Assembly (NCBI GenBank): GCA_052426225.1
Contig: JBNJNM010000023.1
Span: 682,001-746,000 of the forward strand
Direction of reading: 5' to 3'
DNA: 64,000 nt
From: Zancudomyces culisetae HAW-14-8
Taxonomy: Eukaryota > Fungi > Kickxellomycota
The first letter of the stretch is position 1; every line of letters starts with the position of its first letter. This document shows, in pieces, positions 14,478-27,025 of this stretch. The notes under the pieces were generated by a model, which saw nothing but the letters and a program-made list of their open reading frames with translations, did not search any database and was not told the origin of the DNA. The position numbers and the translations under genes are program-made.

Positions 14478-17400
14478 CGAAATAGATATATCTGGTTTTA
14501 TACGCTGTATACACTGGTTTAGTGTTTATATGGGATTTGTAAAGATGTTTGTATTAACGTTTGTAAGTATACTTGAAAGAATGCTTGTATTGATGTTACA
14601 ATATGATGGTACGACGATATAGTGGTGCGGCAAAATTCCAATCAAAGCTATAATAGTTTTGAACACGGATATCCAAACATTCGTCCTAACTTTTACATTG
14701 GCCAGTGAAATCTTTTTCTGCACACAGTCTAGACCTTAGGGATTACTAAGCTCTGAATATTGCAGACAGTCCCGAAAACTGACAATATGTGGATATTAGT
14801 TGATTCTGGATAGCCAACTCTATTTTGGAATTTTTATATATAGAAGGTTGTGGAGTTGAGTTCCCTTTTATACTTTTATACAAAAAAAAACATCAACTCA
14901 AAAATCCTAAAATAAAAGAGACACTCTAGCTATACCGCAGTATTACCACAAGCATTGCAAATAACCCAGTCATTTAGAGTCTGAGAGTGCTATAGGCTTT
15001 GCAAGTTTTACAAATAAAGAATTATTGCTACATACAACATGCTGCAGCATTGTAAAATCAATTTAATAATTGTTAATATAAAACGATTCCAAACAAATGA
15101 TTAGAGCAATGTAGGTCAAAAATGCAACCAACTAGATCAAGTTTATTTTCTGTTTTTTGTGAAAATATGAACTCAAATTGCGGAACATTGATAATCAATT
15201 CTTGTTGCTCGGCTTTCCTTTTTTTTCAACGTGCGAATACTTTTTGCCTAAAAAACTGTCAGTCAAAATATTAATCATTAAAATGGCCAATCTGGGTGAT
15301 TAATTTCACAAACCTAAATAACCAGTAGGATTTATCAGCTAGTATTGGTGTTAATTAGTGATTTCAGTTTGTGCTAAATGTTGTAATTGTCACTATTTTC
15401 CCTGCAAAACTTGTATTTTGTTTGTTCAGGTAAATCATCGAATTTGTGGTATTATTATTAGGATTATTATTTCACAAAGTATTCAAAAAAATTTAGACCA
15501 TTTAGATATTTACATGACTAGCAAACTACTTTGGCTATTTAATCCGCTGACAACTAAATATGCAGCCAAATCAAATCATCCAGTTATTAAGTTATTCAGT
15601 TATTCAGTTATTAAGTTATTAAGTTGGCATTAAACACTCGAGCCCATTCTGTTTATTTAGTTCTAACAAATACAATCTCCATGACCACCTCTAACTGTTT
15701 TCACTCCCCACTTATGTGACTCCTTTGTGCCCGTTTTTATGCTTTGTATTTTTATTATCTCTACTTTCCCAGCTAAACTGCTCATTTTTAAAAAACAGAT
15801 ATCCACTATTATTTTACCACGCTATCAGAGTTTGTTTCTTTTTGTTTCTTTTTGTTTCTCTACTGTTTCTCTGCCCCCTATCTTTGTTTCCCTTTCCATT
15901 GTCAGCTGTAAAGACATTTTTTTAATCATTGTACTGCGTTTCCTGCCAAACAAATCCCCCTCATTTTGTACTATTTTTATTGCCTTAGTTTGGTTTGTGA
16001 CCCCACCTTAAACGATTTTAATCTGGCTTCACATCCCCCCACCAAGGTTGGCATTCATAACACAATTCAGCTGTGAATTTGGGTTTTGGAGCTGCCCAAT
16101 TATTTTGGTATTTTTTGATATAAATGAGCTGATAAATAAAGATGTTGTTTTTCTACTCTTACAATTGTATGATTTTGACACCATTTTTTGATATTCCATT
16201 ATTCCAATTTATCACTATACCTTTCTTCATTTCCTGCTTTCATTCTTTCCATTTTAATTTCAATCACATTTACATTGTGATGAGTTTTCCTATTTCAGCC
16301 TCTCTAATTATACCTTTTTTCGGAATGTTTAATCAAACACTCTAACCATTCGTTCTACAAACATACATAATACTGCAATATTTGATACTAATTATCTAAT
16401 ACCTAATATCTAATAGATATTTCACATCATAGGTATATCACGCGCATCAATATTTTTTCACAAACAAAAACACTTGTTACTTTTTCCCACATTTACTTTT
16501 TACCACAGTGACTTTTTACCAAATACGCCACCAAAACTTAACAAAGATTGGTATCGGATTAAACCTTAACTAACGCAAAAAATAAAAATATATACCGGAA
16601 AAACATTGCTCAAAGTCTACGAAACCAAAACTATTGATTTTTTCCCCCAATGATATTAACTTGTAATTTGCCCAACATGGGTAAAGTATGTTTTGAAACA
16701 CGCTCCCTTCCTTCATCGCCAACTGGTCGGTTAAAATTGACTGACTTTTTACACCTTTCTTTACATTTGTTTTTGTTTTGAAGCTACTTCAAACTTGCTT
16801 AAATTGAGAGTTAGTGTCTTGATAGGATTTCATTCATTACTCCTATGGAAATTCACACATATGTCACGACGTTTTGTCGACTTGCATAGTCTAAATTCAA
16901 TTGTGATATTCATTATTATAATCAAATATAACACTCAATGTTGTTACATTTTAATGCAGTGTTTTTGTAATGGAATGTCTTATATTCGCCGAGTGTATAT
17001 ATATCGATATCGCATTATAAATTCGAAACCATCACGCTTTGAAGCTATCATTAGTTTCTGTATGTTTATATATTTTTTTACAATATAGCATCGCAATAAT
17101 TCGATTAAAATCAATAACCGTGGATGGCTATTGTTATTTATGTAACTGGTTACAAATGTGTATTTGAACAGTTTTTTACCTAGTTGGTTTTATATTTTAT
17201 CTTGCCACCTTAGTTTATTTGTAGTATGCTTCAGTTAAATCCTTCACCAAAATATATAATCTCTGATAAAACATAGCGTGTATATACTTTAATATTAGCA
17301 CTAATCTCTTTTTCAAAGAGATAGTCTTTTCAGCACCTTAAAATGCATCACCCTATGTCATCTTGTCCTTTGTTTTTTGTGTAAAACATAAATCTGTTGT

Positions 17401-17980
17401 TGTAGAATAGCTAAAAAAATGTGAACTACTTTGTATAGATGAGTTTCAAGTCCAGTGGTCGTTAAAAAAGCTATGAGAATTTCACATTTTCTGGCACATA
17501 CAGTTTCTCAAACTAGCAAAACTTTTACAAAACGGATTTCGTCAATTTTTTTTAGATAAAAATATACAAGATTGCCAAAGTACAGATATTGGTAACTCTC
17601 AAATACTTTTTCATTTCACCATCCTAGACATTAATAGAAGGCTGCTACAACTGCTTTTAACTATCTCATCCTCTTTCAGTATCATTATCTGGTATATGGT
17701 CCTAGCATGCAACATATATACTCTTTAAGTCAAGCTAAAGTTTTGATAATCATAAAGCTTTGTAAGCTTCTTGAATTTCCCTTATGTTTTTAAATCAATT
17801 TTTATTTAGGCGGAGACCACAAAACTAAAGTCCAAATGGCCATCTACTAAGCATCAATAGCTTACTTGCAATCAATAATATAAAAGTCTTGTAAAAAAAT
17901 GTGCATGGTTCAATAGCTAGTGATTTCAGTAAGCCCTTTTATTAAGTTTTACAGCCAATACGCTCGTAAACGAGCGATTG

Positions 17981-18295
17981 TTAACGTATGCGGCTGCATA
18001 CTTGTCTTCCGTTTCTGTAGCTACAGAAGGTGCCACGTGGGCATGAAATGCGGATGTAGCGTCCACGGCGGCATGTGAAATAGCTTCTTCTATCTCTTCT
18101 GCTGCAGTAGTTTCTGGCGTTGCGGCATCTTGGGAAGATTCCTCTGTTAAACTCGGTGTTAGCGTTAAAGCCACTTCCTACGGAAAGATTAAAGTCACTC
18201 ACGTCAACATCGCCACCACCCTGGGCTGAGACGGTAGCAACAATGTATATGAGGAAAAGGACTGCCAATGGAATGATTTTGCTGAGGTTAAACAT
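17981..18295 (-). CDS. Small secreted 6-Cys Arg-rich protein, paralog 1 (CBM19-like/defensin-like)
   Basis: Signal peptide ending VSA|Q; Cys spacing C-x6-C-x10-C-x9-C-x5-C-x8-C; two paralogs nearby; upstream TATA. Confidence 0.88.
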   Translation of the reverse strand: MFNLSKIIPLAVLFLIYIVATVSAQGGGDVDVSDFNLSVGSGFNANTEFNRGIFPRCRNARNYCSRRDRRSYFTCRRGRYIRISCPRGTFCSYRNGRQVCSRIR

Positions 18296-18371
18296 TTTTG
18301 CTTTGTATACTATGTATCTTTATTTCCTGAATATCGGATGAGTTATGTTTTTGTATACTGAGATTCTAGCT

Positions 18372-18381
18372 GTATTTATAC
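18372..18381 (-). promoter_or_regulatory. TATA box (GTATAAATAC) of secreted paralog 1
   Basis: The same TATAAATAC word lies roughly 80-120 nt upstream of all three paralog start codons. Confidence 0.6.
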
Positions 18382-19774
18382 TTTTATTCTGCTACTCAGC
18401 TGTAGAGATACGCTATTATTATTTTGTAGATGTAGACAAAGTTTGGTGCTACTTTGTATTGGCAGTAATTTTAAGCTTAGCATTTTAATTAAACAGTATA
18501 TGTATCTATTAAAGCGCACATCCCCCCAAAAAACCAATATGGTACGGAAATAGGTATTTCTGCTCAGACAAAGGGTTCAGAGCAATCAACAATGAAATTG
18601 GCATACATTTACTTTTTTTCGGATTAACAATGCTATAAACCTGTTTTTTTTTAGAAGCATACATTTTTTAACTTTTGTTAATCCTTTCATTCCTGATAAT
18701 AATTTCTAAAACCGGGTTTTTTTAAGGTTTATAGTCCAAACGTAAGCTTATTTTTAAACGGTTCTTGGTGATAAATATATACAGTGGAGACAGTGATTGT
18801 CATTTAAGGTATGCATTTCGGTTGCCATTTAATCAAAACCTAATCATTGGTTTTGTGGAAGTTTGATAGGGACAATTACATGAAGCGCCACATGGTTTCA
18901 ATGTATGTCTATAAATGTTAATGAAGAAAACAGGCTAAAAACCCAACGTTTACTGTTTTTATAAACAAGGTGATTGCTTATGAATTTATTGGGGGTTGAG
19001 GTAGAATGTGAGAGGATGGGAAAATAGAAAAATGTAATTTTGGATTGTGGTATTATGTATTTTGAAATGGCGTAAATATATTTACAGTTGTAGTGGGAAT
19101 AAAAATTGAATTAAACTTTTTAAATAATAATTGAAACAATCGAAAAACCTGTTCGCTCATTACAGAAATCCTATTTTACTTGTGTCAATCAAAAATAAAT
19201 AGCAACTCAGAAGCCAATGAATATAAACCATAAAAATAAAATAAAAAACAAAAGTGTGATTGCTGATAATATTTAGGTTTTACGCTGTACCAAACTTCTA
19301 AAGATTTGTCGTTTTGATTATCGGAATTACACACACAAAGAATAAAACGTTCTGTAGATTTTTTGTATTTTCTGTTAGTTTCCGGTTTTATTAAAAACTG
19401 AATAAAGTATTCTCTTTTATTTGTGGATAAAGCATGGAGCACTTGTTAAAGTAAAGAATTTGTATAGTGTTCTTGGTATAGTTATTGTGAAAGGTGGATT
19501 TTATTTAAAAGTTCAAAGACATTAAACTGAGAAATTAGTGCAAACAATATTATTAGAGTCAAGCATGTTGAACCAGGGTGATATATGAATAAACCATCCA
19601 GTTTTTTTTAATTTACTTTTTTAAAAAAAACAAAAAGCAGAGTCGAAATGATTCTCTACATTGATACATTGATATTTTTGATATACTAAGTTTATTTTAT
19701 TTATGAGGTTTATTTTCGTTTTTGTATTTTTTTTTTTCACAAAGAAAAGAATTATTAAAACAGATGAAAAAAGC

Positions 19775-20170
19775 CTAAAGCAATAAACGTTGGCATTCTT
19801 GTTGTCCAAAGCTGTATCTACAAACGGTACCGCGGGGGCATCTATTGAGCACAAACATTCCACCTTCACAAGAGAAGAAGATGCGACGGTTGAAATTGCT
19901 GCAGAATCGTCTGTTGGTGCGGCAGCGTTGGAAATCATCGTCGTCGATTTCGCGGGAGCGATCAAAATCGCCACCGACATTAAAGTCAAAGTTTCTTGGT
20001 GTGATTTCGGTACCAACTGAGCTATTATCATCATCACCCTGCTCGCCTGCACCTTGAGCTCCACCTTGGGTATTTCCATCACCTCCCTCTTGGGCGTATA
20101 CTACACTAAGTACAAAGACCAGGAAGAGGACTGCATAGTATGTGTATGATTTTCTGAGTGTTGCAAACAT
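19775..20170 (-). CDS. Small secreted 6-Cys Arg-rich protein, paralog 2 (longer acidic Gly-rich N-terminal region)
   Basis: Signal peptide VYA|Q; FDFNVGGDF motif; identical Cys spacing; CPRGTVC. Confidence 0.88.
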   Translation of the reverse strand: MFATLRKSYTYYAVLFLVFVLSVVYAQEGGDGNTQGGAQGAGEQGDDDNSSVGTEITPRNFDFNVGGDFDRSREIDDDDFQRCRTNRRFCSNFNRRIFFSCEGGMFVLNRCPRGTVCRYSFGQQECQRLLL

Positions 20171-20280
20171 GGTTTATTATTTATTATCTCTTTTCTTGGT
20201 TTTGATTTGTATTTATGGTTGTAAAGACAAATTTGGTTTGTAATGATGGTAAAAACAAAAAAGGAAGAGAAAAAGATGTG

Positions 20281-20290
20281 GTATTTATAC
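20281..20290 (-). promoter_or_regulatory. TATA box (GTATAAATAC) of secreted paralog 2
   Basis: Same word as upstream of paralog 1. Confidence 0.6.
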
Positions 20291-20847
20291 ATAAAAAGCC
20301 AGTCTATAACCAAGCACCTCTTCTTTTTTTATTTGATTACACTATACTGCTTTTTTTGTTACAAGTTATTTTGACAGTAATATATTTTGTAGTATATCCG
20401 TTTCAAGAATTGACTTTTTACTAAAAACCTGTATTTCTATCAATAATGGTATATTGAAATAAATTATCAAAAAAAACACTTTAAAGATAGTTATAAATAG
20501 CTCGGAGTTATAAAACTAAATGATATTAACCCCTCCACCCCCAAGAATGATAAAAGTGGAGAGAGTGTATTTATATCTGGTATACGTAAAAGTATGTTGG
20601 TAATAAAATGTCTGATTGAAATATTTCTTTTTCAATACTCATTCTTTGCTTTGTTTTTCCGATAGGAGGAAGAGGCAACAAGGCCAAAGCGTTGGTGCTA
20701 TATTTGATATCATTAAATAAGATATGTATCGGTAAATACACACAGTGATGGTTATTCATATTTGACCCAGCAAATAGAATAGATCACTCATGGTTAGCTC
20801 TAAACCAATTTGAAAACCATGAGTTACATTCTAATTCAAATTCAAAA

Positions 20848-21090
20848 GAAAGCCGGGATAAAAACCAAGACCTAAGCAAAAGCAGAATGAACCAGAAAAA
20901 AAGACTAAAACCAAAACCAAAACATGGAATAAACAAAAAAAAAAAAGTTCCGAAAGCCGGGATAAAAACCAAGACCTAAGCAAAAACAGAATGAACCAGA
21001 AACAGAGACTAAAACCAAAACCAAAACATGGAATAAACCAAAATCAAAACCAAAGCATGAAATAAACAAAAAAAAAAGCTCCGAAAGCCG
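20848..21090. repeat. Tandem repeat, about 104-bp unit, two copies plus the start of a third, with an internal ~27-bp sub-duplication
   Basis: GAAAGCCG(GGATAAAAACCAAGACCTAAGC...) starts at 20848, 20952 and 21083. Confidence 0.85.
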
Positions 21091-21524
21091 TCCCAAACCA
21101 AAAGTAGTTCCTCTTTTTCCAAAAAATATATCATCGAAACAAGATTACTATAACGTACGAAAAATTCTATGCCAAACAAAGTCAAGCAGCTAATTTTTTT
21201 GGCAAAAGAATAAGGGAGTTCTTGTAATGAAATTTTATATCTCAATACAAACCAATATCTTGACACACTTTTTCATTTTCAAATTTAGAGAATTGGCATA
21301 TTTTATTGCAGAATGAGCATGCAAAATAACTAAAAAGCAAAGACAACGAATAGCCAAATCAACTAAAAAAAAATAATAATAAACTAAAAATACCTAGTTA
21401 TAAATCAAGCCAAGAATGATCAAAGGAAAAAAAAAGGAATTAGTTTTCAGGCAATGTATATGGAGACAAGAGAGTAAAGAAACAAAAGTTTCCTCTCCCC
21501 TTCCATCCCCCCCACCTGCTCAAT

Positions 21525-21857
21525 TTAGAAACGTCTGCGGGCACAAATACGTTCTCCAAATCTGTATCTGCACTCAGTTCCAAATGGACAATAGTTAACA
21601 AAGTATCTTCCACGGAAGCATGAGAAGTATGCGCGTCTGTTTCTTCTGCTACAGAAGCTTCTGCGGCCGCGGCACTGTGGGAAACGGATACGGTCAAACT
21701 CAGAGTTCATGTTGAAGCCACTGCCAACGTTGAAGTCAAAATCGCTCATTTGAACGCTGACGTTCTCAGTTGCATCATTTCCACCATTTCCACCACCTTG
21801 TCTTTGTGCAACGGCGACTGCGGCAAGAGCTCCCAATGGCAAAACAACCTTAAGCAT
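21525..21857 (-). CDS. Small secreted 6-Cys Arg-rich protein, paralog 3
   Basis: Signal peptide AVA|Q; DFDFNVGSGFN motif; identical Cys spacing; CPFGTEC. Confidence 0.88.
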   Translation of the reverse strand: MLKVVLPLGALAAVAVAQRQGGGNGGNDATENVSVQMSDFDFNVGSGFNMNSEFDRIRFPQCRGRRSFCSRRNRRAYFSCFRGRYFVNYCPFGTECRYRFGERICARRRF

Positions 21858-21968
21858 TTTCTTTAATTTTTTTTTCGTTTGGTTTGTTTGTTGATATAGT
21901 TTGTTAAAAGTTAACTTTTAAATACGAGTGTGCTATGATGAAATGAGAACTGTTGAGGTTATTGAAGG

Positions 21969-21978
21969 GTATTTATAG
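21969..21978 (-). promoter_or_regulatory. TATA box (CTATAAATAC) of secreted paralog 3
   Basis: TATAAATAC core shared with the other two paralogs. Confidence 0.6.
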
Positions 21979-22848
21979 TTTTTTGTTTTGTTTTTTGCTT
22001 TTGTTTTTTCTTTTTTATCTTTAGCTTTGTATCTTCATACATTCTACTTGATTAAAACAGTTCAAGTAGAATACTAAATGTTCAAATTAATGGTAATACC
22101 AATGTTTGTCATTCATAATACGAGTAACTTGTGTAATACTAGCTGGTAAATGCTTATTTCTAAATATAATGAGTAAAAGGAGTTACTCAAAAATACGATA
22201 AAATGCAATCGTGTTGGAAAATAGCCATTTATTGTAAAAGAGTTGCGTTTATACATAAACAAGAAATAAATTAAACCACGATAACGATTGTAGTCAAAAG
22301 TAGTAGCGATGAATGGAAAATAGAAACAACAACGTAAACTAAGGGTAAAGGGGGAGGGGAGGGGGTGGCAGTGGTGGTGATATAATGAGTAGAAAAATAG
22401 CTAGTTTTTTTTTGGGGGGGGAGGAGGAGTAAATTGTGGAGAAAAATAAATAAAGAATTTGTCAACAATTGAAGTTGGTTATTTTTATTTTATTTTATTT
22501 TTTACTTTGTAGGTTCTTGACTGTGGAATAATGAGTATTTAAAAAGTACAAAAACCGAATGATCATGTGAATAAAACAAGTAGGTTAAGGAATAGAAGTG
22601 TATTGAATGAAAAAAAAAAACAACAACAACACCTACTACCACTACCACTACCACTACTGTTTGGGTATTTTGTATATGTATTTTTTTGATTGTTCATTAT
22701 TAAAAGTTTAAAATGTACTAAAGTCTGGCTTTTAAAAATAGAAAGAAGGATGGTATTGAATAATAGATACAGGAATAATAGCAAAAAAGAAAACTGGTTT
22801 AAAAGAAAATAACTAGAGTGAATAAATACATTTATGAATGCAAGCATC

Positions 22849-22877
22849 TATGGAAGTATGGAAGTATGGAAGTATGG
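22849..22877. repeat. Short tandem repeat (TATGGAAG) x ~3.6
   Basis: Read directly from the sequence. Confidence 0.85.
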
Positions 22878-23491
22878 TTGTATGGGCATGTGAGTATGTG
22901 GGTGTATTACAACCTGTTTTTTTTGAAATAGGCAATAAAGTGCAATTGTATCAATTGTATGTGGAAATAAATAAATAAAGTAAAAAAAAACGGAACAAAG
23001 GCGATGGAAAATTAGTGGAGGATAGTAGGGGTAAAATAATCCAAGAGGATCAAATGTTTTTTGAACGTTGTTGGATTGTTCATAACCACACTTTACTTTT
23101 TATTTCTCAATCACGCCACACTACATTACACTACATTGCATTAAATTACACTCGACTCCACTCGACTCCACTCCACAAATATTATTATGTAGAAATAGAG
23201 TAAGAACAAACGAGAAAGAGAAAAATAAAGGCATACAATTGAATGTATTCAAATATCGGGCAAGCTTGGTTCAATAAAAAAAATAAAAGAAAGATTGTGA
23301 TTGAGATTGAGATTAGTATGGAGAGAAATTACAAAAGAAATTAATCGAGATTAGATTGTATAATGGAATAAAGGCAAGTCAAAAACAATTTGCCGGGTAA
23401 AAGAGTGAAAAATAGAGAGAAAAGAGAGAAAAGAGAAAGGAGAAAATAATAATAAAAGTACTTTGACAACAAAAAGAAATATACAATTAAA

Positions 23492-26086
23492 TTATAACGG
23501 GTTGATAGAATTGTATAAGTGTAATTTAGTATTTTGATCATCAATGCAAGAATCAATGGCACGAAGGAGACCAGTCTTTGAAGAAGATTTTTCAAAAGGA
23601 TCGGAAAGAGCGGGAATAATAGAAATCCATCTTTGATAGAAAGAGTCGAGGTTTTGGACAACGAGGGCAGGAGCATAGAATGCAAAACGGCCAGTAGTGA
23701 CGGCAGCATTTTCAACGAGGGCAAGAGGGAGGTCAGGAGTGTTGATGATGTAGATAAAATGTTGGAGAAGGGTCGGGAGAAGAGGGTCAAGCTTTGAGGA
23801 GAGAGCAGGAGGCGGGTTGAATTGGGCAAGACGCATGATGATTTCGCCAGCGGCCCAGACGGCATTGTTGGAGGCGTTGATGGAAGAGTGTAGAGCCTTT
23901 GGGTCGCAGTTCAGAAGAATTAGGTGAAGGAAGAGAGGCAAGTGGTCGGGGAGAAGAGAGAAACAGTTGATGGCCATATCGCCAAGAAGAGCAAAGGCAG
24001 ATTGGCGGATTTCGGAGTTGTCAGAAGAAAGACAGGAAGACAGAAGTTGGAAGAAAAGAGGAAGTTGAGTAGAAGAAAGTAGCTGGGGAGCAAGGGAAGG
24101 CGAGAGGGCTTGGATGGTTGAGCTGATGAGATCAAGAGAAACAGTGACAAGATCGGGGTCAAACAAGTCGGCATACATATCCGAGTGGGCCAAATCCAAG
24201 GCGTGGTGGATAAACGAAACACAGCAAGAATAAGACTGAGAGGCAAAAGGCATAAAAGCAGAGCCTAGAGCAACGGAAATAGACGAAAGACATTCGAGCA
24301 GAGGATAGGTGTCGTATACATCATCGCCCAAGCCGAGATTTGTTGAGACAACGGCTAGACGGTCCATCAGAACAGGCATGATGATGGAGCAGTGAGGAGT
24401 AAGAGCAGAACCAACAGAATCAGCAAGAGTACCAATAGTATCGTACAGAATAATCAGGTTGCGTTGGTGGTAAGTCGAAAAGGCTGCAACCAATGTCTGC
24501 AGAACTGGCTGCAGGTAGTTGGCCATTTGTTCGCCAGCAGACTCTTCAATAGTCGACAAGGCACTGCAGGCAGCTTCCTGGACTCGGCGGTGAGGATCGG
24601 CGACTGCCGTGAGCAGTGCTTGGATCACTTGGTCCAAAACCTGTGGCTGGGCTGCTATCCAGCTTGCAAATCGGCTGGTCGTCCAGCACGAAATCGACCG
24701 CACCAGCAGTTTCTGGTCGCAAATGCCTGCAAGAAGATATGGCATCAGCTGGGGCAAGTGTTGCTGGATGCTTTGTTCGCAGCCTTCTGCAACTGCGCCC
24801 AATATCAAAATCCCGCTTTCTCGCACCTCCCACTGTGGACTAAACAAGTATGTGTTAAGCTCGTTGCTGAGAATTTGGAACAGTTCGTCTTGGTAGATTA
24901 GTGATAGAGTATCCATGCTGGCTGCTGAGCATTTGCGCAGATTCCATTCTGAGTATACTTCATCTTCCTCGTCGTCCTCATCATCCTCATCCTCATCATC
25001 GTCGTCATCATCAATGTCTTGGTTGCTTTTATCATTTCCAACGCTAATTTCATTTTTGACTTTGTGGAATTGGGGCTTGACATTGTTGTCATTTTCATTA
25101 TCATCACTATCCAATACTGCCAAATCATCTTCGCTATACCGCGACCCTTTCAACAATACTGGCACGAGTTGTGGCAAATGGTTTCGCAACTTGTCGTTGT
25201 ATATCTTGTCCTTATCATCGCTGCCTTCACATAGCGCCATCCAAAACTCACATGCTTCCATAGCCAGTCCTAAATCATCGCTTGCTGTACACCCAATCAT
25301 GTATTCAATAACCGCATCCAATTCGCGTAAAAGCAATGATCGGTCCTGCTCCACCACTGCGACTATTGCCTTGCACACGTTTCTGCGTACCTCCATGTTA
25401 TCATCGTTTGCTCGTTTGAACAGTTCATTGACATATGCTTCCTTAAATGCCGCCATACTATCGTATCCTCGTGTAAATATTGTTGTTACTGTTTTTATGG
25501 CATGGTTGCGTACCACTGCATTCTCTGCCCCGAAATATTCCAAAAACTTGGGCACCATCAGTTCTACAGCTGTGTATCCTGCTCCAAGTTGTTCTTCAAT
25601 ATCTGTGCTTTCTTCGCATACTTTGCTTAATGCGTCCCAACTGCCTTCTGCTATCCGGTAGTCTGTGCTCTGGATGCCTTCCAGCAAATGGTGTAGTCCC
25701 TCAGGCCAATCTCTAAGTCCTCCTTTAATAATGACTGTGGATATTACTGTGCCAAGTGTGTGTCGGACCAACGAATCGGTCTCTCCGACTCCCTGGCGGT
25801 TCAAAAGTTCGTTTTTCAAGTACGTCCTTTCCGCATTATCCATCTGGGTGTACCCAACGCGGACCAACACGTTTTTTAGAAGCAGCCCGGCGACTGCCCG
25901 GACTTCAGGCCGTTGTTCGGTCATGCGGGTAAGCACATATGTGAGGTACCGAGTAAATTGTGGCACTTTTTCAAGCTGTGCGAGTCGGTTGTTGTTTTCT
26001 TGCTGCACAACATTGTCGGTGGATTGTGTGTTGATTAGCAATTCTACCAGTTGCTGTAGATCGTTTGGTTGTGGATTCCACTCCAT
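23492..26086 (-). CDS. TNPO1: Transportin-1 / importin beta-2 (Kap104), intronless, probable start MEWNPQ at 26086
   Basis: Importin-beta N-terminal domain (RAVAGLLLKN), HEAT repeats, EACEFW, acidic loop followed by WNLRKCSAA, LVRSISCWT, RVQEAACSA, NNAVWAAGEI. Confidence 0.95.
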   Translation of the reverse strand: MEWNPQPNDLQQLVELLINTQSTDNVVQQENNNRLAQLEKVPQFTRYLTYVLTRMTEQRPEVRAVAGLLLKNVLVRVGYTQMDNAERTYLKNELLNRQGVGETDSLVRHTLGTVISTVIIKGGLRDWPEGLHHLLEGIQSTDYRIAEGSWDALSKVCEESTDIEEQLGAGYTAVELMVPKFLEYFGAENAVVRNHAIKTVTTIFTRGYDSMAAFKEAYVNELFKRANDDNMEVRRNVCKAIVAVVEQDRSLLLRELDAVIEYMIGCTASDDLGLAMEACEFWMALCEGSDDKDKIYNDKLRNHLPQLVPVLLKGSRYSEDDLAVLDSDDNENDNNVKPQFHKVKNEISVGNDKSNQDIDDDDDDEDEDDEDDEEDEVYSEWNLRKCSAASMDTLSLIYQDELFQILSNELNTYLFSPQWEVRESGILILGAVAEGCEQSIQQHLPQLMPYLLAGICDQKLLVRSISCWTTSRFASWIAAQPQVLDQVIQALLTAVADPHRRVQEAACSALSTIEESAGEQMANYLQPVLQTLVAAFSTYHQRNLIILYDTIGTLADSVGSALTPHCSIIMPVLMDRLAVVSTNLGLGDDVYDTYPLLECLSSISVALGSAFMPFASQSYSCCVSFIHHALDLAHSDMYADLFDPDLVTVSLDLISSTIQALSPSLAPQLLSSTQLPLFFQLLSSCLSSDNSEIRQSAFALLGDMAINCFSLLPDHLPLFLHLILLNCDPKALHSSINASNNAVWAAGEIIMRLAQFNPPPALSSKLDPLLPTLLQHFIYIINTPDLPLALVENAAVTTGRFAFYAPALVVQNLDSFYQRWISIIPALSDPFEKSSSKTGLLRAIDSCIDDQNTKLHLYNSINPL

Positions 26087-27025
26087 TTTATCTTGTAATT
26101 TTATCAATTTAGTATATTATATTAGATAAAATTAATGGTTACAATTGTAAGTGATAATCTTGTCGTTTCAACACACAAAAAAAAAAAATCAAACTAAAGA
26201 AAAAAAAAATTTTTTTTTTCTTTAATTCTAATATTTACCCTGAAATACTTTTTATGTAAGAATTCAATGATTATATAAATCAAAACTATTCATGATTAAA
26301 TATAAAGCCTTTTTTTTACTTTTTAATTTAGGTTTTAAATTGAATTTCGAGTGTAAAAATTAAATAAAACGTCCTAAACAACTAGGTAAATTAGACTCGA
26401 AAAATGAAAAAGTGAAAAATTTCAATACTAGTGGTTGGGGGAAGGGAATATTGTGTATGTGGTTATTTTTTTTTAGGCTATATAAAAGTAAATGAACAAT
26501 ACATGCAAAAAGTTCAATATATTAATATAAATGCTTTGGATTTATGGATATTCCGTACTTTCAACACACTGTACTACACTTGTACACATGTAATTTAAAG
26601 ATAATGCTCAATTTATAAACCAATTCTGAAATACAATCATAACACAGTATACAAAAATATATAAAAGTACAATAATATATATATATTGTTTTTTTATTTG
26701 TAGATTTTGTGTATATTTAAACTCGAAATTCAAGCTCAATTTCAGATTCCATATTAAAAATTTTTTTTTTTATTGAATATTTTTTAGAAAATCACTAGAT
26801 TCCCATTTGAATTTACTACTATTAAATAAACAAATAAATAAATAAAAAATAGTAATATTATACAAATTTTACATTATTTGGCCAATATTTTTTATTTTGG
26901 TATATTATATTATATTAATTTTTTGTTGGAATTACTAGGTTTGGTAAAAAATAATTATTTTATACATTCTGTATATTTAAAAATTAAACAATTAACGAAA
27001 AGAATCGATAGATGCCAAGTATAAG

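Noticed and set aside
24915-25661. 248-aa poly-Ser ORF and other overlapping ORFs in 23.3-29.4 kb
   Set aside because: They are antisense or alternate-frame shadows of transportin (acidic loop) and CBP80.
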